DNA of 60,000 nt, from positions 20,772,001 through 20,832,000 of the forward strand of contig NC_087251.1 of assembly GCF_037042905.1 (NCBI RefSeq), read 5' to 3'. The notes under the pieces are model-generated. The model was not told the origin of the DNA, did not search any database, and worked only from the letters and a program-made list of their open reading frames with translations. This document shows, one piece after another, positions 25,001 to 37,000 of this stretch (position 1 is the first letter of the stretch; each line of letters starts with the position of its first letter). Origin of the DNA: Lytechinus pictus. Its lineage: Eukaryota. Position numbers and translations under genes: made by a program.

Positions 25001-28000
25001 AGTGATATGCACAACTCAGTGACATGCAAATGAGTCAGTTGATGATGTCCATCACTCACTATTTCTTTTTTTTTATCGTTTGAATTACACATAACTTTAT
25101 TTTTTACAGATTTAAGAAGAAGGACCAACTTGACTGAACCATATAGTATTAAACAATTGATGCTAATTTCACATGTTCAGGGAGGAATCATTGTTGTTTG
25201 ACTTGACAATGAGGAAAAAATTAGAATACTCCATATTTCATATAATAAAATACAAAGGAAATAGTGAGTGGATGATGTCATCAGTCTCCTCATTTGCATA
25301 CCAGCCAGTATGTGAATATAACTGTTTTGTGAAAATAAGCGAAATTTTAAAATGTCATAACTTTCTTATTTCACAGCCGATTTTGATGAAATTTTCAGTG
25401 TTATACTTGTTGGATTTTTCTCTTTTTATTCAAATCAACTTTTTGTTGGGGTGGACTTGTCCTTTAAGTATAATTCGCGTCATTAATTGTTTTCCAAGGC
25501 ATTAGAGAAAGGAATCTCCTTGTATTATACAGGCATTAGCAACATCATAAATGTAGGTTTGTGATTTTCCAAGTTTGATTTTATTAAAATTGATGAAATT
25601 TTCTGACTGCTGCTTGGTTGAATAATCTTTATCTTGTTTTCTTTTTGCTTGTCTTAGCTTATCGATGTGGAAGTGATGAAGGCTGGAGTTCACTCTTCAC
25701 ATTCAAAACCTTACAAGCTGGCGCTGCTTGGTCTCCAACGTTTGCTGTCTATGGAGATATGGGCAATGATAATGCTCAGTCATTGGCCAGACTTCAAATA
25801 GGAGCCCAAAATAGAGAATATGATGCCATTCTTCATGTTGGTAAGCAGGATTTGACTCTAGCGAATTAAAATTCAAGAATTGAATTGTACAGTCTTTGTG
25901 TTATATGTATGAGATAAAAGTCAACTGGGGTCTCTGTTATGCTGCAATATTTAATTATGCCATATGTATATGTAGCTTTTAGAGTTAATGTCATAAGTGA
26001 CAAATTCAGTGAAATCCTTAGTTTGGCAACTTGTGAGAACCTTTATAAAATGTTGGTCTTCACAGAATTTCTTGAATCTTTTGTTTGTAATTTTTTGTAA
26101 TCTTTTGTAATTTTCACTTGCAATTGTTATAAGCTGTCAGTGTCTTTGCATCTAACTGAATGAGAGAAATTTTGTCTATGAAGATTGCTTTTGAAAGATG
26201 TCATGATATGCTTTAATTAGAGAAATTGTCTATGCTTTCATCACTTCATGCATTGTGGTATCTGATGTTATGGCACAAAACTAATTTGATGGCAGCAGTG
26301 GTATTTGATACAAGCAAAAAATGTAAACATACAAATTTGCGTTTGCCACACTTGATTGAGTGAGCCCCCAGTAAGATTCAATGGTGGATATAATTTGTTT
26401 AGTGTTATGGATTTCTCATACTGCAACTTGCTTGGAAACTTCCCTAGTAGAATATGTATACACTGTGTGTTGTTTGCCTGGTTCGATCTAATAATAAATT
26501 TACAGCTAACCACATTTATTGGTGGCAGCAGTGGTATGTGATTTAAACTCAAATGCACACTTGTCACTCCATTGAGGTGATGAATTGGGACTCAAGTGAT
26601 AAAGTTATATGTACCAAGTAATATTAAAAAGGACATCCAAACTTGGTAATAAAATGAATGTGTGGAAGGAAAAAAAAGTTTGAACTAAAGAAGGAATAAG
26701 ACAATCATTAAGTTTTGAAAAAATATATCTTTATGACTTTACATTTCAAATCGTTAACTTCATGTGTAGATTCTGACAAGTGGCAAGGACAACTCTCCCA
26801 TTTTCACTTATTTGTGGTTTTATCCTAAACCTCTTTCCCCTCTCAAGGTTATAACAAAATATAAAGAATGGAAGAAAAATATAATTCTGAATAGATTGTT
26901 TTGAAGAATGGATGACATTTCATTCAAAGATGTATGTATCAGAGCAAATTGATGAGCTGTCAATACCCTACATCAAACTGACATCATCAATGTGGCCGAT
27001 CTGAAGTTCTCATGGGTATAGTGGTTACTGCTTTTTATGAAACTCATAACTCTCTTACTGTGTTGCCAATATTTTTTTTTTAAACTTGCACCTATATGTT
27101 TCTTGATTTTTCTCCTTTTTTCCCTATAGAAACTACTTATTCTCTGGTTGGTTTTCCCTTTACAAGTCATTGTACTTTTCTCAGTGTTGCCTCTTTCTCT
27201 TTTCCCCATCTCAATTTATTTTTTTCAGCCTTTCTAATAATGATCACAATAATAAATAAATGATAATACAAGGCTCATCATATCCCAGAGCAATATTGCA
27301 TTATTCTTTGTGTTAAGTAAGAAAATTGAGTTAAAAAAAGTAAGAATGTTAACTTATCATGAGTTCTTTAGCATATATGTAATCTGATATTTTTCCATTC
27401 AAACATATTTCTTTTATTTGGAGCATTGTGGCCCAGTGGATTAGTCTCCAGACTTTTAAACAGAGGGTTGTGGGTTCAGATTCTTCAGCAAGAAATTGAT
27501 CCACAATGTGCTGCACTCAATCCATGTGAGGTAAATAGGTGTGGCAGAAAGTAATTCTTTCACAAGCTGTGGGCACCAGAATCGGTTGCCAAGCTTAGCC
27601 AGGGTAGAATATGAGTGACTTAAGTGCCTAAAAAGGTGGATGCATGTGCTATACAAATATCCTATATTATTATTATTTTCTTTTTTGGCAGGTGACTTTG
27701 CTTATGACTTTTCCTTTAACAACGGAGAGATAGGAGATGAATTCATGCGTCAAATTGAATCAGTTGCCGGATACGTACCTTACATGACCTGCCCAGGGAA
27801 TCATGAATTCCACTAGTAAGTAGTCAACTATATATTTTTTTACAGTTTCATTGGTGGACATCATGAGCTTGTGAGGTTAATTCCTGAAAGAATGCATCCA
27901 CTGTAGATGAAATGGAGTGACTATCTTAGAACAAAAATGTTGTCTGAAAATTTTGAGAGCATTAAAAAAAGTTTTTCTTATATCACGTTTTTATTGATGT

Positions 28001-31000
28001 CTGTATAAGACCTGGGCCTGGTAATTAAAAGCTTAGTGATTGATCATATAGTTGACTTGTTTTATACTTAAAGATCAATGTATCATATGTTGTGCAATAG
28101 CCATTCATCAAAGGTACTACTCAGATAAAATCTTACTAACCATGTAAGCTACATCTGAATGTAAATGCAAAATAAATGATTTTGTCACGGATTTTACTGT
28201 TATGGATGTTAACATTACTCGTTTACATTTTCAATCTAAAGCATCAGTGGCCACCAACCATATGTGGTGCAATTGCCAACCATCCATGTTAATATTAAAC
28301 AATTCAACATAAATCAGGCAAAATTGTGAGGCTTCAGGCTAAAAGATGGTTTGGACAATGAATTTTGGTATTTTTTTAGAATGACCCACTAACATTTATT
28401 CAAATGAAAACAAAGAACTGTAAAGAATATATTTATGGTATTTCCCACATGTATGTTTATCATTAAAATATTTGTTGTCTACACTTGTTTGTCACAGTAA
28501 TTTCTCCCACTATAAAAATCGCTTCACAATGCCAAAGTATGAAGACACTCAGAACTTGTGGTACAGGTATGTATGATTACTAGTATTTGAGGAATATATT
28601 TATAATATCCTAAATGAACTCAGATATTTTCTTCCCTTGTTTTGTTAAAAGAAGAATATGAAATTTCAATATTGCATTAGTCTTAAATAGGTTATTTCTT
28701 ACATACAACCTGAGTTTCTAATATAGGCTTACCCATTTGTTCTTTGAACCTATATGCACAGTCGACAAACAACTCGTCAGAATTTTAGTTTGTTTACATT
28801 TGGTCTGATCAATTTGTTCTTACAACCTTTTGGTTTAATCATTACTTTATTACTTTATATATATATTTTTTTATAATCATTACTTAGACTAGTTACCTTG
28901 TTCTGTAACAGTTGATGTATTTGATTTTCTCTACTTTCATTGAACGGTCCCAAATGATGCAGATGTAAACTTTGAGATAAAAGCGTTTGAATTATGTTAT
29001 TTTTTCTATATTTTTTAACTTTTTAAAGTAATTGTCATTGAAAGTGATTGAATATAATATTTGATATTATAATGGTGCAATATGTATGGAATCAAATGGG
29101 ACTGAAATTTTGGAAGATAAGAAGCTGTAACAGTGTAGTTCTGATATCAAGAAAAAAAAGTTTTTATATAAAATTCAGTGATATTTGCCTCTTAGGATAC
29201 TTTGCAAAACAATGATGAAATAGTTACTTTATCTCACAGTAATTCATGAATTCTCCAAGCAGTATACAGTGCGTCCCAAAAAAAACTATACACTTTTTAA
29301 ATGGCTGCCAAATAAAAAATATAGCACTTTGGGGGGAATAACTGATAGATATGGAAAGCCAATAAAGTCAACTTTCAAGTGACACCAAAATGTTGGAAAA
29401 CTATTCATGCTTGAGCGAGCACTGCCCACTGAAACAAAGGGTATGAAAATTAGGGTGGGCCGGAATTAGCCTTCCAATTTCTTTCAGGTTTTTTGTTTGG
29501 TACTTGCAAAGTTGAGGGTTATTTAGTGAATTAAAGATCAGTTGTGATCAGTTTGTTGTTTGTGAAAATTTAATGTGTTATTAAATTGAATTTATTACAT
29601 TGAACTTTAATGCATGAGTGATCGTGAATTGCAATTTTAGTGCAGCATTTTGTCTTTATCATGTGGATCTCAACAATGTGTTTATGAAAGTCAGGAGAAG
29701 AGGGGGTAATATGACTTAGGTAGGTGAAGTACGTTGATGGGATAAAGGTCAACAGAACATTTAGCAACCCCTCCCTCCATCTCAACCCCCCTCCGCTTCT
29801 CTCCTCAGACACTAAGCTCGGCTAGGCTGGGCAGGAATTAGCCTTACAGTTTTTTTGAGTGGTTAGTCCTTTGGAACTTGCTAAGCTAAATTAATGAGTG
29901 AGATAAGTTTTGGTTTCTTAGGCAAATTTCATGAGTTACTAAATTGAAATTTAATGCATGAGTGAACAGGAATTGAAATTTTAGTGTAGCATATTCATCT
30001 TGAGGACCTCAGAAGTGTGTTCGTGAAAGTCAGAGTAATGTGATGGTACCTGTTACAAGCAAGAGGGCGATATATGCTAAGACTTGGTTAAAAGGGCATT
30101 CCTCTTCTTTTTGTCCTTTTACAAATTAAAAGTCATAATTATGTACCTTCCCCTCTGCACCTCCATTTCTCAGCCCCCCTCTCTGTCTCACTTCCTGGAT
30201 GTGTAGCCTATTCAAAACTTAGCTGCCAAGCGACCGGTGGCTGATGGTCACTTTTTTATTGAATTATTACCAAGAAATTTAATGATTATGATGATTAATG
30301 AAATAATTTATTGAAAAAACACTGAATGTTTGATTGATCACATTGCACATTGAATGAGTTGATTTACTGATAAATTGTTGATGAAATGATTGATAGGAAA
30401 AAGTTGATGCCCCAATTCAGAATTAATCATTAAATCAACATTCCGATCTGGACTTCACGCGTACATGACAATAGCCATCAGTTTCTCAACAGGAGGGGAG
30501 GGCGGGAAATAGGGAGGGGGCTGAATGTTCTGTTGACCCTTATTCCATCAACCTACTTCTCCCACTTAAGTCCTATCTCACCCCCTATTCTCCCGACTCC
30601 CATGAACACACTGCTGAAATCCACATGATAAAGTTTAAATGCTGCCCAAAAAGAGATCCAAATGATAAAGTTGAAATGCTGCCCCAAAGGTGTAATTTGT
30701 GTTCACTCATGCATTAAAGTTCAATTTAATAATTTATAAAATTTGCATAAGCAACCAAAACTGGTCACGGTTGATCATTAATTTATCACAACGCCCTTAA
30801 CTTTGCAAGTTCGAAAGGATTTGCCTCTTAAAAACTGACATAAATTGGAAGGCTAATTCCAGCCCACCCTAATTTTCATACCCTTTGTTTCAGTGGGCAG
30901 TGCTCGCTCAAGCATGAACAGTTTTCCAACTTTTTGGTGTCATTTGAAAGTTGACTTCCTTGGCTTTCCATATATGTAAGTATTTTTCCCCAAAATGCTA

Positions 31001-34000
31001 TATTTTTTATTTGGCAGCCATTTCAAAAGAGTATAGTTTTTTTTGGGACGCACTGTATAAGCAACCCTTCCTAACCAATCTGAACCAGTTACTTTCATGA
31101 TTTGATATCAATTTAAGGTTGACAATTTGTACACATTTTAAATCCTTTTTAAATTCTATTCTGATTTCAGTTGGAATGTTGGACCTGCTCACATTATTTC
31201 CTTTTCAACTGAAGTGTACTTCTATGTCTACTATGGCCTACATCTTATTGTAAATCAGTATAATTGGCTCAAGGCTGATCTACTTGTAAGTTTGATGTAG
31301 CAAGGCATTTATCTACATTTGCCACTCTCCACCCAGGTGTATTAAATGGGTACCCAGTAGAAAGAAATACTTAGTACCTTAAATGCTTTAGTGCCCGATC
31401 AAGGTAGCCATGCCAAAGCCAGGGTGATAATAGTATTATTGTGTTATGCTGGACTGGTGTGGAGAACAGTTTTCAGAACTGAAGCAGCTACCATGGGTAA
31501 AATATGACATCATCATCATCATTATCATCATCAAAATTATTATTATTATCATTATAATTTTTATGGTTTTTCACCATCAAACTTAAAACATCTCTGGCAA
31601 GTGGGAGGGAATTCAGTTCCATCCAATAATTTTTCAGGTTTTTTGCATTACACTTTATTTGTTAGGAACCTAACATTAGATAAAGATCTGTCCATGAAGC
31701 AAATATTCTCTTTTTGTATACTGAATTAACTATTCCTCATGATTTTTTATGGGGGGGGGGGGTAAGGAAAAGTATCATTCAAATTTATCCATTCAATGAA
31801 AAATAATTTGATTATTGATAATGAGCGAAGTTGGCTCAGTCGGTAAAGCATCTGCTTGTTGAACCAAAGATCGTGGGTTCGAGTCCACCCTGGGCGGAAG
31901 ACTGAAGCCAGTGCATTGTATGAAAACATCTCTCCCCTGTTCCACAGATGCAGGCTATGTTACAGTGGAAAACACTCTGTCCCTCGGATAAGACGTTATA
32001 AAATGGAGGCCCCATGTAGAGGAGAGTCACCACCTTTGCACGTAAAGAACACACTGCACTATTCGTATAAGATTAGGGGGAAACCCTGGTGTAGTGGTCC
32101 ACCTGCACTCCCCCAGTCACTTATATCAAGAGAAGAGACGGGTCACAGTGATTCAGTTTGCTTTTCGCCTCCCAGGCACAGGTGACGCCAAACAAATAAT
32201 AATGATAAATAGTGGGTTTATCAGTACAATTAGCATAGACTATGACACACCCAGTGCTTCAGAGTATTATATTTTATCACTGCTGCCAATATTACAGCGA
32301 AAATGATAAATCATTAATTTCCATTAAGTCAAAATCATTTCTTTTTTTCCTTGTGAAAAGGAAGCAAACAAGCCAGAGAATCGCAAGGAGCGTCCATGGA
32401 TCATTACAATGGGTCATCGTCCAGCTTATTGTACCAATAATGATGCTGATGATTGCACCAAGAATGAAGGCATTGTAAGTAAAACTGTAGCTCGAATTTT
32501 AACACAATCAGTTTACTTGACATCAACACCATTATCTTGAGATACTTTAGGAGTGGTCTACGAGTGTGGATAGTTTCAGTACACAATCGTGATGCCTCTC
32601 TTCCAGGCTGAAATTCAGACCATTATAGGACGATATTTCACCAAACCAAAGGAGATGCTTCAAGGCTTTGTTGAAACCGTTCTCTTTAAAAAAATTCTTT
32701 AGATATTTTTCTATATGATTTTGTGTATATATATGGTATATTCTCCTGAAAGAAAAATACTTTTGTTGCTGATAAAAAGAATGAAATCTGATCATATAAG
32801 GCAACCAGTGATTAACTGTCATGTGTTTTTAATGGACACCCAACGTACTACATAATGTTACAATAATCACTTGTATCACCCATGCTTAAGATGATAGGAT
32901 TGAATTATTCTTTGTCTTTTTGCTCTTTCCCATTTAATTGGCCATTACGGATTTCAATACTGAAAGTGAAAATATGATTCAATAGTTTCCCCAGTGTCAT
33001 TGTGAAAGATCATGTAATTCACTTTTGGAAGAACAGAAAATACATACTGTTTGCCTGTCATTTAAAACAGCTACACCATATTAAAAACCCTTTGTGAACC
33101 CTGATTTTCCCAAAGGAATTTTTAAAAATGAAGATGATTTGTTTTTATAAAACTTAAAGGAAAAAAAATCGACAAAAAATAAAGGAACACTGCATGTAGG
33201 TGTAAATCATGGTTATCGATTATTGTAGGGTTTTGTGCAGCTGAATGAAGGCTAGTATAATAGTGGACCATTATGTTCGTGCTGCTATATTTAATAACAA
33301 TTTTGATGGACAATAGCTCAGATATGGTACAGGTATACAGCTTTTCTTGTTATCAAGACAGTTGGGACCTGTTTCATAAAGCTGTTTGTCAAGTTATGCT
33401 TGACTGTAGGCTTACTGTGTATATAAAAAAAAGTTTACACTTTGAAAAAAGTCCTGGGAATTGAAAAAGATACAACATGGGGATAAATTTTTCACATATA
33501 TTCTTGGGTTTGGGTCTTATCTATCAGATGAAAGTAAAAATTTAGACAGAATGTTGCACTTGAATGAGCATTGTCCATTTTTGTAAAGCTCAAAGAAATC
33601 GATTTGCGCAGAAATGCTCATTTTCATGCTGTATCAAGGAAAGACGGCGAAAACAAACCGACCGTGCAGTACATTGATTTCTCATATTTATCTTTTGCAT
33701 TTTCAGTCAATTTAAATAAAACAGATACATTTCAATATTTTGTAACAAATTTGCCACCCAAATTAACTTTTTAACCCTAGGTAGCACAACCTTTACCTTT
33801 TTTGTGCTAGCTGGATCTGAGGACTAAATGTAAACAAGAGTTCTTTTTTGTTTTTGTCATTTAAAGTTGGTTTAAATTTCATATTTCATTTAATACTTGT
33901 TTCTCCACACTTTTCCCAGGCATGACAATAATTAACAGTAGGAAAACCTAAGCCATTTCATGTGTATCACTGCTCCTTGTAAAGCAGAGATCATCATGAT

Positions 34001-37000
34001 GGCCTCAGTATGTGGGGGAGGGGGCGTATTGGTGCTCGATGATAAGTTTTGGGCAAGGAAACAGGTTAAAAAGGTGAAAGGTGAAAAATATCTTCAGATC
34101 AATCTTATTAGTTAAAGTCCATGTGCTCTTCATGATGAATGTTTTATCCATTGAATATTTCCAAGTTCTGCACAAAGCATTTGTCACAAACTTTTCAAAA
34201 GTAAGTGGTGCTCACTCAAGCGGAAAGATTTTTGACAGTTATATCGTCATTCACTTAAAAAGATCTGTACCAATGTATAAATGGGGAAAAAACTTCATGA
34301 TATTACAAATATAATGTTTCATAGGATTATTTCTAAGTATAAACTTTTTTTATATGCACTGTATTAATGACTTGAATATGTCATTGCATTACCTGTATTG
34401 TGAAACATACTGATTGATAGATATCTTTGTACAGGATAAATAGTCTGTTTCTTTCCAAAATTAGAAAATAAATCTGCTGTCATAGCTCTCGATGTTAATT
34501 TATGCTATTTAGCTCATTTGCTTCCTGGAAATAGATGGTCCCTGATGAAAGCCTTTGGGAATTGCAGATTCCAGTAGTCATTTCGCTACCTATATTTTAA
34601 AATGATCTATGTGATTTTCTATAATTTAGCCGCTTATTTTCCCTTTGGATTTTTTATTTTTTATTACAGATTCGCAGTGCTGTAGAGGAATTGTTCTATA
34701 ACAACGGTAAGTATAATCTGGTGAAATGTGGAAATTGTTGATAGTACCTGTTTGAAGTTAGAAAATTATAAAGTCATAGAATTGCATGTAAAAATATGGA
34801 CAATTTATATGTAGCTTATTTGTGACACAAATCTTAACATGCTCTATTTGCAGAAAATAACATGTTGATAGCAACTATATCAATAAACATTCATATGATT
34901 CATTTTGTGCTTTTATGAGACTTGGAGCAAATGGTGGAGTTTCACTTTCCAGAATCACGATGACATTACCTATGTGGTCAATTAACCCCCCCCCCCGATC
35001 AGAGATAACAATTTTTTACAATATCTAGAAGTTCATGATATTTTAATTGTTTGTTTGATATTGTTAAAACTCTCACCTATCAACTTTTTTTATTTATTCA
35101 ATTCAATTTATTTATTTAACCATCATCAGGTACAGTACAACTGCACAAGTACTTACCAAAATTAATTATCATCAAACAAATTGTATATCAGTATAAATAA
35201 AAAGAGAATACACCAGCAAAAAAGCAAAATGATGGTTTATCTTTCAAAAATCTTTTTTTTTTTCATTTAGGTTGGATTCCTGTTTTATTATACATATCAT
35301 GTATTGTTTGTTCACTATGTCCAGGTGTTGATGTTGAATTCTGGGCCCATGAACACAGCTATGAACGTCTATGGCCAGTCTACAATCGCAAGGTTTATAA
35401 TGGGAGTTTATCTGAGCCCTATACTAATCCCAAGGCTCCTGTTCATATCATCACTGGGTCTGCTGTAAGTATGCATGTTTCTCAATATTGTTTCATGACA
35501 GAACAGTACTGCCAAAATATTGTAACATTGAAATGTTAATGAATAGAATGGAAATTGTGGGCTTATGATATATCAACTACCGGTAAATATTGAAAATATA
35601 ATGAATGAAATGTAGGCCTGCTTCGATCACTGGCAGTTAAAAGTGTATTCTACAGACATACACCTTCTACAACTTTATACCTTTCCGATAAAGCTTGTCA
35701 TTATCAATCTCAATACAAGAGTTTTAAGCTCTTGAAATGATTCCATATGATTCATTTAAGGAAAATTTTTGATCAAACAAATTGGTATTTGACTATTTCT
35801 AGCAAATTTTATGAAACTTGACCTTGTTTCACATTCATAATTATTCAGTAATTGTAGTTAGGTACCTGTCTAGAAAGCTCTTTATGTTTTTAACCTATAG
35901 GAGGGCCTTGAGCACCTAGCAAAGGTGGATACATGCGCTATACAAATCCTATATTTATTATTTATTATTACTATTATTAACCATATTAATGAATGTTTTT
36001 TCTCTTTCATTAGGGCTGTGTTGAAAGACGAGACCCCTTTTCAAATACCGAGCCTTGGGATGCATTTCGATCCAATGATTATGGCTACACCAAGATGCAC
36101 ATCATTAATACAACACATATTGACTTTGAACAAATCTCAGATGATAAGGTAATACTTCCCCACATTTTCAAACATATGATTGATTGATAAGATGCAAATT
36201 GACTTTGAACTTAACACAGATGTTAAGGTCAGGGCTCTGTAACACAATCGATTTCTAAATGTCATTGACTAATGAAGATCAATATTGCATGCACATTTTG
36301 ATCATAACACTGATTATATCCATCATAATAATAGTCAGAATAGGCGATTGATCTAAATTCTGTCATGTGACCAAAGATAGTTCCAACCGCTGTCACGAAA
36401 TTGGGGAAAAATACCATGCATCCCGACATCTGACGTCACTAGCCGGGAACAGTACCCTGAGCTGTAAATAGTTAAAAAACTATGACTTGATGGGTGTGGC
36501 TTAAATCAATGGCATGGAGATTGTAACAGTGCGCGTACATGCAATGATCACTCACCTTTATCAAACTTTATTAATAATTTCTCACTCGAAGACCGAGATT
36601 TACACTTCCTATATGTTTTATTTGATGATAATACCAATGACGGATGTAAACCAAATACTGTATATACGGCCTTTTGATCAGAGGTTTGGTGGAACTATGG
36701 TCCCCTCGGAGAAGCGAATGCTACCATTTTCTTTGGGGGCTGTGCCTCTCAGGAAAATATTCACATTCTGGCTTCACTTCGGGAACCATTATAGTTCCAA
36801 CCACCTCCTCTGATGACCGTACATATTTGTTCTCTAGGAACCAATCAGAATTGTGCTTTCATATTTGCAATCCAATGCAAAATCTATTCATAAACCATTG
36901 ACTTCATTAATCACCAGGTTCCTATTATCTGATCTTTAACCCTAAAAGGCCTTGGGCGAAGGGGGGGGGGGGGGTGGGCGGAATTTGCCCCCCTCGATAT

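Noticed and set aside
31823..31897. Functional tRNA-Asn gene
   Set aside because: Acceptor and anticodon stems pair poorly, no oligo-T terminator follows, and it continues into a SINE body.
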